Assembly (NCBI RefSeq): GCF_018977255.1 | Contig: NW_024704743.1 | Location: forward strand, 94,180,001 to 94,244,000 | Length of the DNA: 64,000 nucleotides | Reading direction: 5' to 3' | From: Callorhinchus milii | Taxonomy: Eukaryota | Part shown: positions 26,837-38,923 of the stretch, in pieces | Layout of the letters: every line of letters starts with the position of its first letter | Numbering within the stretch: position 1 is the first letter of the stretch | The notes under the pieces: model-generated | Told to the model about the DNA's origin: nothing | The model's input: only the letters and a program-made list of their open reading frames with translations | Database searches by the model: none | Made by a program: the position numbers and the translations under genes

Positions 26837-27868
26837 AGACAATTTGGTGGGGGTTGGGGGGAGTTAGCCAAGAGTCCGACATATGCGGAAACCCATTAGG
26901 GCTTTGGCTCACAGGGTTAACAGGATGTGTCATTAAAAACGGATGAAGGAAACACAAGAATCATCTCAGAGAAGGAGGAGTGTATATGAAATATATGGTT
27001 GAGAAAATGAGATGTAGCAACAAAGTTAACCTAGGCAGAAAATCTTTAACTGTACAGTCAGTTAGTACCAATCTTTTGCAATTACTCTTCCACAGAAAGA
27101 AGGTCATCAGCAGGAGTGCACAGGTCCTATCGCTTCATTTCTCCTACTCATCTCATGCATGCAGAAGAGAAAACTTAGCTCCACATTTCATAGGTTAAAT
27201 GCACTCATAAAGACTTCAACTTGCGGTATATGTGGATTTGACAAAGTGTATAGAGACACAAGTGCAATGCAAAAGTTATTTGAAAGTTGAATATCACAGA
27301 ATGTTATTGGCCAGGACACCGGGAGTAACACCATTCTCTTTTCGAATAGTGCCATAGGTTCTTTAATATCTACCTAAACAAGCAGATGGAATCTCGATTT
27401 AACGTCTCATCCGAATTGATTTACTACCATAACTCTTTGAAAACAGCAAAAATGTTCTATAATGTATTTCATTAGGAATGTATCAATATATCTTTGAAAA
27501 CAAATACTGTAAATCTCTCTTGTCTGTTTGTGGTGGGGGGAAGAGGTTAAAACTTTCTGGTAGCAGGTCTAACTTTTTACATATAGCAGGGTTTAGTTGC
27601 AGTAAATAGATTGGTGGAGTCCTGGTTAGATTGGATAAATCGCCCTAAAATGTGCTAAAATGGCGGATGTATCGAAAGATTTTCTACGCGATTTAGCACG
27701 TGGATTCTTGCCAAAATAAGATTTTTTTATTCAAAGTAAAACAAGCAGAGCCATTTACCCATATCTAAACCATTCTCCATAATATTTTTAAAAGTTGCAT
27801 GTTACTTCAGAAACATTTTCACACTCTCCAAGCAATCATCATTTTGAATCAATCATTTTCCTTGCATA

Positions 27869-28019
27869 AAACAAAAACAGAAGTCGCTGGAAACACTCAT
27901 CAGGTCAGGCAGCATCTATGGAAAAAGGAAAGTGAGTGAACGTTTCGGGTCCACGACTCTTCATCAGAACGTGTCAGTTCCACGACCCTTCGTCAGTCAG
28001 TACTTTGTGTTTTGTTTAT
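27869..28019 (-). mobile_element. Penelope-like mini-element with hammerhead ribozyme motif, copy 1
   Basis: 14 bp TSD ATTTTCCTTGCATA (27855-27868 and 28020-28033). Minus strand reads CTGATGA-A-GAGTC-GTG-GACCC-GAAA-CGTT, with a second partial core CTGACGAAGGGTCGTGGA. Confidence 0.8.
27934..27970 (-). ncRNA. Minimal type I hammerhead ribozyme motif (core intact, stems I and II imperfect)
   Basis: CUGAUGA and GAAA core boxes flank a 5 bp stem II with one mismatch; palindromic ACGU stem III; predicted cleavage after GUU. Confidence 0.65.
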
Positions 28020-29158
28020 ATTTTCCTTGCATACATAGAGACAACTCCCAAATTTTTCAAATATTCAGAATTCTTTTCTTAATTTTACCTGAGAAGTTTC
28101 ACTTGATTAACAAACACACATGCTATATGTGGTGCAGAGTGCAGCCAATCTATCCACAAGAAACAAGAGGATGAGAGGACAGGGAAACTATTAAGATTCT
28201 AGAAAATATGAATTTGATCAACTTTCCACATCCATGCATTTTGCAAAGAGCATAGTTTGGAAAATGTCCATTAGTACTTGCGGTTCACTAGTAAGACTCC
28301 TCTATCAATAAATCTCCACAGCCCTAATATCCTTGTTTCTCTTCGAAGGTGGGTATCAAGTAGATAATGGTAGGAATAAAAGTGCTCTGAAAATTTTTCA
28401 GAGAGAAAAATAAAAGCAAAAATGAATTTAAACAGCTACAATTTAGGCACTCTACATGAGCTAAACATATAGAAAACAACCATTCTAAGATCGAACTGAG
28501 CGGTTCACAATTACTCTTTTACATTTTGCTTGCATACAAAAAGACATTGTTCGAAACTATGAAGAAGACAACCATTAGTTTCCCATCCTCAAAATACAGT
28601 CATTCAAGACTAAACATAGATAAACATCAGCTTCACAAATTACAACCATCCATTCCAGATACTGGTTGGACAGGATGCAAAGAAATTGCATGAATTTTGA
28701 AACATGATACTTGCGCTTTTCCGTTCTGTCTAACCCAGCAACCTTTTATTCTAGGAACTTCTGTTAAATATAACTTGGAGTTCGCTCCCTCTTCCCTTCA
28801 AGAAAAGAATCGCTGCTAAGCTTTGCTTTCAAGTTAATTTTCACAATGCGGCTATGTATTCGACTGTCGCAACAAGTCAAATAAATTGGTTGATGAAGGA
28901 AACAAGTGAAGGTTGTTCAACATTATCTTCACAGCGGCCAAGATTATCAACATAGTATGTGGAAGAGCACTGAAGGTGGAAAGCAGACTGCATTAAGTGG
29001 CCATTCATGTTGGGGAAGTAGAAATGGTTGATAAGGTTATGGTCATGTTCTTAGGAGGTTGTACGCTCAAGGTAGGTTGATGGAAGTAAGAGTTGAGTAT
29101 TTTAACTCAAGGTATTTTTGAAACTCTAAGGAAACCATAGGAGGAGCAATATATCATT

Positions 29159-29496
29159 GTGGAGTCCTGTAGCTCAGTGGTTAGAGCACTCGCTTTGCAA
29201 GTGAGAGACCTGAGTTCATTTCCAGGCAGGGCGAAACCTTGGGCAAGTTTCCTTACTCCACACGCCTAATAATAATCCCTCCAAAAAACCAAAAACAATA
29301 ATTAAATTGGTCATTTTTCAATCTCCGACTGTTTGTGGGACATTGCTGTGCGCAATTGGCTGCCGCGTTCGCCCACAAATATACAGTCAATTCACTTTAC
29401 AGTGTGTTCTGTGAAGCGCTTTGGGACGTCCTCCCGACGTGAAAAGCGCTATATCAAATGCAAGGATTATTATTATTATATTATTATTATTATTAT
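29159..29496 (+). mobile_element. tRNA-Ala-derived SINE, youngest subfamily
   Basis: Intact head and core; perfect tail AGCGCTTTGGGACGTCCTCCCGACGTGAAAAGCGCT; long (TTA)n. Confidence 0.93.
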
Positions 29497-30000
29497 CATG
29501 GGATGTCTTTGATTTGAATGTACACTCAACGCTTCTGTATATTACTGAGATTTGGACCCAGGTGGTTTGGTTACTTTTGGAATATGTTGTGGAGAAGGAT
29601 ACTGCATATTAAATGAGAATAGTGTGTAATTAATGGTGAAACTGGGAATAGTGTGTGATTAAGGGTGAAACATTTGGAGATGTTCTCTCTGGGCAAAATC
29701 TCAGTTTATTATGACAATGGCAAAGGACACGGTACCATTTTCCACATGAGAAGGCCAAGCCTAGAATAGCAGGAACTGTGTGTGAGAAAAACACAAAGTG
29801 GAAGATTCACAACTTGCTGCAGAGCAGAGTGTATAACAGCATGGTCTTTAATGTGAAGCTGTTTGAATTTACGCTGTGAAAGCAATTCCCAATCTCCCCA
29901 ATAAAACATATCTAAGTTAAGCAGCTTTGAGTAAATGCAATATATAAATGTTTAATTGCCTGTGACTTGCAATCAAATTTATCATAATATGGTATATAAA

Positions 30001-30540
30001 CTCCCTGCTTGTCGGCCTCCCCAACTTCTCCCTCCAGAGGCTGCAGATCATCCAGAACTGTGCAGTTTGTGTCCTCTCCCGCACTAGGCTCCACAACCCT
30101 GTTACCCCCATCCTCGTCCGGCTCCCCATCACTCAGAGGATACAGTTCAAGATTCTGGTCCTAACCTTCAAAGCCCTCCATGCCTCGCTCTTCCCTACCA
30201 CTGCGATCTCCTAACCCCCTACCAACCTGTCTGCTCCCTCCACTCAGCATGCCCAGGCTTGCTTCATGTCACCCACCTTGCCCGCACCACCATTGGCAGG
30301 CGGGCTTTCAGCCTCTCCGCCCCACCCTCTGGAACTCCATCACACAGTCCCTCTGCCTAGCCCTCTCCCTTGCCTCCTTCAAGACCCATCTCAAGTCCCT
30401 TCTCCTCAACCTCTTACCCCTACCCTCTCTCCAACCCTCCTGATTCCAACCACCAGCTCGGATGCGGATCCCTGACTATCCAGCACCTTGGGACGTCCTC
30501 CTGACATGAAAGGCTCTATACAAATATAATTTATTGTAGT
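30001..30540 (+). mobile_element. L2 LINE 3' fragment
   Basis: LQIIQN-like and IQFKILVLTFKAL coding remnants; stem-loop tail. Confidence 0.85.
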
Positions 30541-31354
30541 TATGCTTACCCTTTTACAGTCCCACTCACTGGAAAGCTCTCCCAAAATGTCTTTGCCTTG
30601 TGTAGTCTCACACCGTATTTAAAAAAAACTCTTCAGTTAAAATCCCTGTCCCCGTTCTTCCCACTTTGCTTTGTCATCCACACCATCATATCAAATTAGG
30701 AAACAGAAATAGATTGTTAACCTGGTTGATGACTGCTGGTAAATTCGTAAGTTTAATAAGAGAAAAATGCCTCAGGAGAAAATATCTTTAGTATAGATCA
30801 CACCCTGCCATATCTATTTTTTTTAAATTATGAATTGAAGAAGGCATCTCTAATCAGGAGATAACTTCATTTGTTTTAGGTTAAATAATAGAGATGAGTG
30901 TGTGGTATACCATACATACTGCCCAACCTTCCTATGTTAATGTTGCAGTTTAATTGGGAGACACTATCTGCAACATGGAAAACTCAATATTCACCACGAC
31001 AGTCTCTCTGGTAAATAATTTTGTATGTACATTTTGCCAATCATTGTGCTACTGTAATAAAACTAACTTTGAACTGGAGGTCATCAGTAGAATTTCATTA
31101 CTGTTAACACTACTTAACCACACAGTTTCGCTGCACACAATTGGTCTACACACATTGAGGGTGAAATTGAGGTTATCACACTGCATGGCGAGATATGAAA
31201 TGCATCTTAATGTAGTGTGATGTCAACATCTCAGCACCGCATTTCTGCCTAGAGATCACAAATGTAACAAAAAGGGACTTGGTTTGTGCAAGTCCCATTT
31301 TGTCTGCAAGCCTTCCCAAAAGAACCCTCAATCACAGCTCCAATAAAATAAAAC

Positions 31355-31772
31355 TCAGTTGGTAATATTCTCACCTTTGAGTCAGAAGGTTGTTGTTCAA
31401 GCCCAACTTTGGGGCTTTGAACTCAGTCTAGACACTGGAATGCACAGCAAGACACTACCCCAGGTGAAGGACCCTATATAAATACAAATGCTGTGCTGCC
31501 TTCAGATGATACATTAAACTGCCTGTTCAGGTGGAAGCTAAAGATCCCGTGGCACTATTTGAAAAGAGAAGGGAGTTTCTCCTGGTGTTTTAACCAACAA
31601 TTCCCCAAATAAAATTGGTCATTCACTTCATTCACTTCATGCCTGTTTATGGGACATTGCTGTGGACAAATTACTTGTTGGGTTTGCCTACAAAATACAT
31701 GGTTGCTACACTTTACTGTGAATCCTGTGAAGGAATTTGAAAGTCCTCCTAATATATATCAAATGCAAGGAT
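31355..31772 (+). mobile_element. Old Deu-core SINE (SacSINE1/AmnSINE1-like)
   Basis: tRNA-like head (CTCAGTTGGTA...GAGTCAGAAGGTTG..GTTCAAG), core CTTCAGATGA..CATTAAAC..CCTGTTCAGGTGGA..AAAGATCCC.TGGCACTATTTG, SINE-type tail. Confidence 0.75.
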
Positions 31773-33213
31773 AGTAAAAAAAAACTATGTTTGGAATTAG
31801 AGTCCTACAATTGTTTAATAGCCACTGTGCGATTTGCACAAAGATAACTCATGTCATTTTAATTAAAAATGTAACAAAAAATATTTACAATATGGTATAA
31901 CACCTTTCGCGTCAAGATGACGTCCCAAAGAGCTTCACATGACATACTGCAGTACAGTAAACCCCCGGCTTACCAGAATTCATAACAGCCAGACTGGGAC
32001 TGAAACAGAAGCATTCTTTAAAAATTCCACGGGCTGTATGTAGACTTCCTTTAGTCCATTCTCCCAAGGCGGTCTCACCTTCCTTGCTGCCTTAGGCGCC
32101 CAGGACTCTCAAATTTAAATAATAATAATCCTTGCATTTGATATAGCGCCTTATCACGTCTTCGCGACATCTGAAAGTGCTTCACAGACTATACTGTAAA
32201 GAGAATTGACTTTATTTTGTGGGCGAAACTCGGCAGCTGATTGTTTTGACACAGTTTGAATCCCATAAGCAGAAAGTAGCTTATTCGCAATCTTCTGCTT
32301 GTGGGATTCAAACAATGAAAATGCAACGAGTATTTACTGTAATTTTTCGGCACTGAAAAAGCCTGTGCCAAATAAAGCTGGTGAATGCCGGAACCGGCAT
32401 TGTAGCCTAGCTGGAAATTCTGGCTTGCCAGATTGGGACCTCCCCACATTGGTCTGGCCAGCTAGCATTTTAGTGTAGCTGTATTTTGTGAGCAAACACA
32501 GCAATTTGTGCACAGTGATGTCCCACAAACAGACATGAAGTGAATTACAAATTTATTTTGGGGGACTGTTGGCTAGAACACTGAAACTCCCTTCCCTTTT
32601 CCAAATTGTACCATAGCACCTTTAATGTCCACTTCAATAGGCAGACGAGACCTCAGTTTAACATCTCATCTGATGCTGCACAAAAGTAGCTTATTTTTTT
32701 CAAACACCCTATAAACAAACTACCTGACAGCAACCAGGTCAAAACTATACTTAACACATGCTCCACTCTTGTGATAAAAATGAAGGCAACTGAATTCCCA
32801 CCAAGTGAACTCTATTAATTCAAGTACCAATGGTTGCAATAACTATGCAGGCTACTGAATCCATATTTATAGGAGGATTTGACTAAAAAGGTGGTTGAGG
32901 CCAGGATGCTAGATACATTTAAGGACCGACTCAATGCCATTGTAGGAAGAAGTTTAGGCTGGTATTCTGAAAGGATGAGATCGAATGGGCCAAAGCGCCT
33001 TCTTCATCTGAACCTCTCTGGTAATTTTGTGACAGCTAATGCATTAATTAAAAACATCACAATAGTGCTGTAATAATAGCCAGGATAGGAGGGGTAATTG
33101 TTTCAAAATCTGAAGTAAAAAAAAACGAAAGCAAGAAAAAAAGCAAGAAAGAATCAGCAACTTTTGATATGAACCCTCCAGCCCAGAATGTGAGACATAT
33201 CACCCTGACTAAC

Positions 33214-33473
33214 CTCAGAAACTTCCTCTTCTTTTTGGCAGAATCGTCTGGTGTTTTGAATTGTTTTCTTTCCTGCTTCTCAGGGGTCTGTAGAAATGCT
33301 TGTGCAGTCTTCAACCAGTCGCTTGCTGACCGGACAGCTGTCTGATCACGGTCAGACTCACAACTAAATACATTTAGTTGACCTTGTAATGTCGATGAAA
33401 TACGCTTTTCATGAAGCTTGCTTTCTTTTGAACTTTCACTATCAGATGAAAACTCTGAAATATCGTATGCTGC
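33214..33473 (-). CDS. SPIDR: SPIDR coding exon (probable exon 6), 260 bp, phase 0-2: AAYDISEFSSDSESSKESKLHEKRISSTLQGQLNVFSCESDRDQTAVRSASDWLKTAQAFLQTPEKQERKQFKTPDDSAKKKRKFL(R)
   Basis: Acceptor tttcttattctag and donor AG|gttagt. IxEF/YSSDSE and TPxK...TPxxSAKKK motifs match SPIDR. Confidence 0.92.
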
Positions 33474-33671
33474 CTAGAATAAGAAAGATCGAAGTTATAT
33501 GAGTATCTTCTTGAATCAGATTTTACAGCTAGCTGTGGGGGGTAAGGGGAGAAGGGAAGGAGGGTTAAGTAAGAAAGATCCTGCTATATCATAAGAACAT
33601 TCATAACAACATAGAAAATGCTAGATGAAAAAAGACCAAGGTCCATCTAGTTCGCCTTACACCTTCCTGGT

Positions 33672-33939
33672 TTTCTAGACGTCTCAAAGCGCTTCACAGA
33701 ATATGCTGTAAAGTGAATTGACCATATATTTGTGGGCGAAATGCAGCAGCCAATTGCACACAAAAGGTCCCACAAACAGTCGTGGATTGAAAATGACCAA
33801 TTTATTGTTTTTTATGGAGAGATTATTATTAGGATTGTGGAGCAAGGAAACTTTCCCAAGCTTTTGCCCTACCTGGAATTGAACCCAGGTGTCTTGCTTG
33901 CAAGGCGAGTGCTCTAACCACTGAGCTACAGAACTCCAC
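33672..33939 (-). mobile_element. tRNA-Ala SINE, intermediate subfamily (short body, older tail loop), embedded in CR1-derived sequence
   Basis: Head and core match the family; the tail breaks after GAGACGTCTAGAA. Confidence 0.85.
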
Positions 33940-34013
33940 ATTCCCTGTACCACTACCTTCTGGGTTCTTCCGGTCAACCAATTGCACATCCATTGTAATA
34001 TACCTTCACTGAA

Positions 34014-34765
34014 TCACTCTTTTTTTTACTTTCAATACCAAGCTCTCAAGAGGAACTGTATCAAAGGCCTTACTGAAATCCAGATACACAACATTCACAG
34101 CCTTACCCTTATCAAGCTCCCTTGTCACACCATCAAAGAAAACCAGTAAATTAGACTAGCAAGATCTCCCCTTCATGAACCCATATTGACTATCATTTAT
34201 GATTTTATTTCTGTCCAGATGCTCCATGAATTTATCCTTAATAAGACTCCATAATTTTACCCACAATGGACGTCAAACTTACTGGTCTGTAGTTTCCTGG
34301 GTCACGTTTGTTACCTTTCTTAAAAATACGAGTAACATCTGCCTTTCTCCAGTCCCCCGGCACCTCTCTATGATTTTTGAAAGATTTGTGCCAGCGTTTC
34401 TGCGACTTCCTACCTTTGTTCCTTAAGGATCCTTGGATGCAATTTATCCGACCCCTGAGATTATTTACCTTAAGTTTGCACAGCTGTTTGGCAACCATGC
34501 TGGTAGTGATATGAATAGTGCCGCAACTTTCCTCTGCGACATCCTTGAGTTCTCTTTCCAGATCAGATAGGTTACCCGTCTCCTCCTTGACTGATGCAAA
34601 AAACTTATTTAGCGCTACTGCAGTCTAGGCAGCATTATTTGTCATGTTCTCTCCGAACCCACCTTCAGTGGCCCTATTCTAAATGATTGTTTTTCTTCTC
34701 CCCTTAATATAACTAAAACACTTTTTGTTATTATCCTTCACATCCATTCTGATGTCTTTTTGCTG
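34014..34765 (-). mobile_element. CR1 LINE RT fragment (3' tail remnant at about 33591-33670)
   Basis: VPGDWRKADVT.IFKKG...DPGNYRPVSLTSIVGKIME, followed by a YLDFSKAFDTVP-type segment. Confidence 0.88.
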
Positions 34766-35383
34766 TCCAGGCATCATGTTACAATGTTTCAAAATACTTT
34801 ACTAATTACTCTCAACTGTGGTGAATGTGTTTTAGGAAAACGAGACAGCCATTTTACCATACAAATACCATGAAGCGTAAGGGAAATTATATGTGGAAAT
34901 TTGTTGACCACTAGAATGAGGGAATCTGCCCTCATTTTTTCAATAATCACAGAAGATGTCCACCTGAACAGACAGATGGGGCCCGAGTTTAACATCTCAC
35001 CCAAAGTGGAATTTCCAAACTGAAGTAATGTGCACGAGAACAGAATTCACAGAACTATATTGTACCCACTTCTACCCCAAAATAATGTGGTTTCTTCCTC
35101 TATTAGAGTATAATTACAACAACAACAACTTGCACTTATATAGCGCCCTCTACGCAGGGTAGCGTCTCAGAGTGCTTAAACTACACAGGTACTCTTGCCC
35201 AATGGCCACAATTCATGTGGTATCTTTTATAATGATTGCTGTCAAGCTATTGAACCTGGGGAGGGGGCACAGTATAGCCCAATACTAATCTCCAAAACAC
35301 TGGATGATTTGACGTAACTTTGCATAAGTCATATTAAATGTATGGTGCTAACTGATACGACTTATGGGAGGTTTACTGTATAC

Positions 35384-35593
35384 TCCACCACCCACTGCCT
35401 CCACTTGATCGGCTCCGGCCTCCTGGTTGTCCCTCATGCCCTCTGCTCTACCATAGGTGGCTGTGCTTTCAGCCACTAAGCCCCAAAACTCTGGAACCCT
35501 CTCTCTCAATCCCTCTGCTTTGCCTGCTCCCTCCCCATCTTCAAATCGCACCTAAAGACCTCCCTTTTTGATCATGCTTACGGTCACCTCCCC
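35384..35593 (+). mobile_element. L2 LINE 3' fragment
   Basis: GGCAFS...LWNPL and FKSHLKT remnants. Confidence 0.75.
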
Positions 35594-35594
35594 G

Positions 35595-35728
35595 TTTTGG
35601 GTCCATGACACTTCGTTAGAACTGAGTTCAGACGACGTGTCGTGGACCCAAAAGGTTGACTCACTTTCCTTTCTCCATAGATGCTGCCTGACTTGCTGAG
35701 TGTTCCCAGCGACTTCTGTTTTTGTTTC
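35595..35728 (+). mobile_element. Penelope-like mini-element, copy 2, with inverted duplication of the hammerhead
   Basis: Same tail as the other copies; 29 bp arms at 35595-35623 and 35625-35653 (25/29 complementary), each a degenerate hammerhead core. Confidence 0.8.
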
Positions 35729-36859
35729 ACAAAACTCTATAATGTTTTAAAATGAATAATGTCCTATAAAACGTAGATAGAATGGCAGAGACAATAATGT
35801 CACCCAGGTTTAGTTAAAAGGTATCCTTAGGAGGGCGCTGTTATACTAAAGAGTGAGTTATTTAGGCAATAATGAATGAAAGAGTTCACATATCAAGGGT
35901 TTTGCCACATAAAAAGCACAGAATTAGAAAGCAGTTTGGCTCATTCAAGCCTACACCTCCTCAAACCACATACAATTTTCCTCATCATAGTCTCTACCCC
36001 ACTCTGAATCAGCCTCCTAAATGTGAGCTCCGCAACATTTGCCTCATTCTCAGATGCTGGCAAGAAAATTCCCAAAAGATTTATGTATACATGCACTTCT
36101 GTTGTTCAAGACTGCCCAATAGTTCCATGGTCCAAGCTGCATAGACACCAAATATTCCCTGGAACATGATTACCTCCGTCTACACATGTTCTTAGCAAAC
36201 AGGAACAGGAGGAGGCTATTCAGCCTGTTCTCCAACTTTATTTGTTCTCGGCAAATCTTTGAATGCCAATGCCCCTATCTTTTTCCATACGCTTCAGTAC
36301 TTCTACTACCCAAGTGTCTGTTCAGCTCATTTTTAAACATACCTATTGATTCTGCCTCTACTGATTTCTGGGGCAGAACATTCTACATCTTCACAACATT
36401 GATTTGTCAGACTATACTCCCTTTAAATAGATCAATTACTTTCATTATTTTAAATACATCAATCAAATCACTTTTTAACTTTGGGGTACTGTTGGAGCTT
36501 AACCAGTTTAAACCGCATAGCTTGCCATTGAAAGCACTGCCTGGCCAGCTTATCCTGCTTATCCAGCTAGGACCACCCTATCCATTACGGCTTTGGTTTG
36601 CAGGGTTAATAGGAGCTGAGTGGGAATCGTCCCTATCCACAGTGACTGGTCATCCCTCCAAACACTGCCGATGAGCCTGGCTCAGGACCTGGACTACTGA
36701 GACCGCCGAGGAGGATTGACTCGATTCCAACCTTCCATTGTCAAGCATATCACCTTGAAGCCAGTTCAGCTCCAGGAGGCCCCATTTACCATTCTCCCCA
36801 AAGAGGATAGTAAAACAAGTTGGGCAACAAAGCTCAAGAATACAGTGTTAATACAGTCT

Positions 36860-38148
36860 CCAGCTATCGCCCCATCTCCAACCTCCCATTCCTCTCTAAA
36901 GCCCTAGAACAAGTCGTCATGTCCCAGCTTCGCTCTTTCCTCTCCTGCGATTCCCTCTCTGAACCCCTCCAATCGGGTTTTCTGTGCTGCCCATAGCCTG
37001 GAAACAGCCCTGGTCAGTTACTAACGGCATTCTGAACATCTGTGACCAGGGCTCTCTCTGCCTCCTTGTTCTCCTCAACCTCTGTGCTGCCTTCGACACT
37101 GTTGACCACTCTATCCTCCTACACCGCCACTCCTTTCACCTCAACCTGCCCTTGCCTGGTTCTAATCCTACCTCTCCCAACGTGTCCACTTTGTCTCCAC
37201 TAACGACTTCTCCTCCAGCCCCCGCACCGTCACGTGTGGCACCCCTCAGGGCTCTATCCTTGGCCCTCTCCTTTTCAATATCTATATGTTCCCCCTTGAT
37301 AACATCATCCCCAATATGGGGTCAACTTCCACATGTATGCGCATGACACCCAACTCTACCGCTCTGCCTCCACGCTCGATTCTAGAACCTCTTCTGTCAT
37401 CACAGACTGCCTGTCAGACATCAAGTTCTGGATGAGAGCTAACTTCCTGCAGTTGAACAAGACCAAGGGCCTCCTGCTTTGCTCCCGTCAGTGCCTCCAT
37501 ATCTCGGGCGCTGACAGAATCGCCCTCCATAGATACACTCCGCAACATCACCCAGCTATGACACTGTCTCAGACCAAAGGCTGCCGAGACCCTCATACAT
37601 GCACTCATAACATCCAGGCTCAACTACGCAAAGTCCTTCCTTGTTGGCATCCCCAACCCCTCCCGCCACAGGCTGCAGATCATCAAGAACTCTGCAGCCC
37701 GTGTTCTCTCTCGCACCAGGCTCCTCGACCCTATCACTCCTATTCTCACCTGATTCCATCACAGAGGATACAGTTCAAGATCCTGGTACTCACTTTCAAA
37801 GCTCTTCATGGCCTTGCTCCGTACTACCTCTGCGACCTCCTAACCCCCTTCCAACCTGCCCGCTCCTGGGCTCCGGCCTGCTTCACGTCCCCCACCTTCA
37901 GCCACTCTGCCCCCATCCTCTGGAACTCCATCCCACAGTCCCTCCACTTCACCCCCTCCCTTGCCTCCTTCAAGACCCATCTCAAGACCCTCCTCTTCGT
38001 CTGTGCCTTCGATCACCCGCCTTCCCCCCTGCCCTCCACCCTTCCCGATCCCGAACCCCTGCTCGGATCCGAAACACCGACTGTCCAGCGCCTTGGGATG
38101 TCCTCCCAACATGAAAGGCGCTATACAAACGTAATTTTGTTGGTGTTG
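36860..38148 (+). mobile_element. Degenerate L2 LINE 3' fragment
   Basis: [12 protein letters not shown]...AFDTVDH, MYAHDTQLY and IQFKILVLTFKALHGLAP; stem-loop tail. Confidence 0.88.
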
Positions 38149-38707
38149 ATGATACTGCATGTTCATGCTAAACATGAAGCAGATATTATCAGTTCAAACC
38201 CACCCAACAGTTAATGGAAATTTTCAACTCATCATTCTATCATGCTGATAGCAGATCTCAACATTGCTACTCTTTCACAAAGGATCCAGTTTAACTCGAT
38301 CACTGTCAGCAGTACAATATTTTACATACTTCGAATGTGTCATGCACATTCACGTGAATAAAGCTCACAAATGCACAAGGAATACGTCAACCAGCTCATC
38401 AGTAAACTAATCCACAGGAAATAAAAAAAGGCCGGAAATGCACATTAAGTGTAAATATGCTTCAGCTGGTAGCATTCCCTGGGAGTCAGAAGTTTGTGGG
38501 TTTAAGCCCCATGTCGGGACTCCGAACTCTGTCTAGGCTGACACTCTAATGCAGTGTGGGGGGAGGGGGGGTGCCCTGCATTATTGGAGGTGCTGTCCTT
38601 TGAATGAGACATTAAAACTCAGATCTCATCTGCCTGTTCAGGTAAACTTTAAAAATCACATGGCACTATTTGAAAATTGAAAAGTGTTTATCCCTTCACA
38701 GTATATT

Positions 38708-38923
38708 GCTTCCTCCCTTTCCTCCTTCAAGGCCGGTCTCAAGACCTTTCTCTTTGACCGTGCCTTCAGCTCCCCTCTCGACTCTCTACCCCCTCCTCGC
38801 TCCCTCCCTTCCCTCCCCTCACCCTGACCGTTTCCCCCCTGCTCGGGTCCTGATCCAACTGTCCAGCGCCTTGGGACGTCCTCCCGACATGAAAGGCGCT
38901 CTATATATGAAATCTTGTTGTTG
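38708..38923 (+). mobile_element. Young L2 3' end, near-identical to the 3' end of the 278-1657 copy
   Basis: Direct sequence match over about 200 bp, including the pyrimidine-rich 3' UTR and stem-loop. Confidence 0.9.

Noticed and set aside
33361..33380. Perfect 9 bp inverted repeat CAACTAAAT-AC-ATTTAGTTG inside exon 6
   Set aside because: Short, AT-rich and with a 2 nt loop; plausible by chance in 64 kb.
37333..38214. 293 aa ORF (and 7863-8765, 442-1119) as host genes
   Set aside because: Frameshifted or off-frame readings of L2 fragments.
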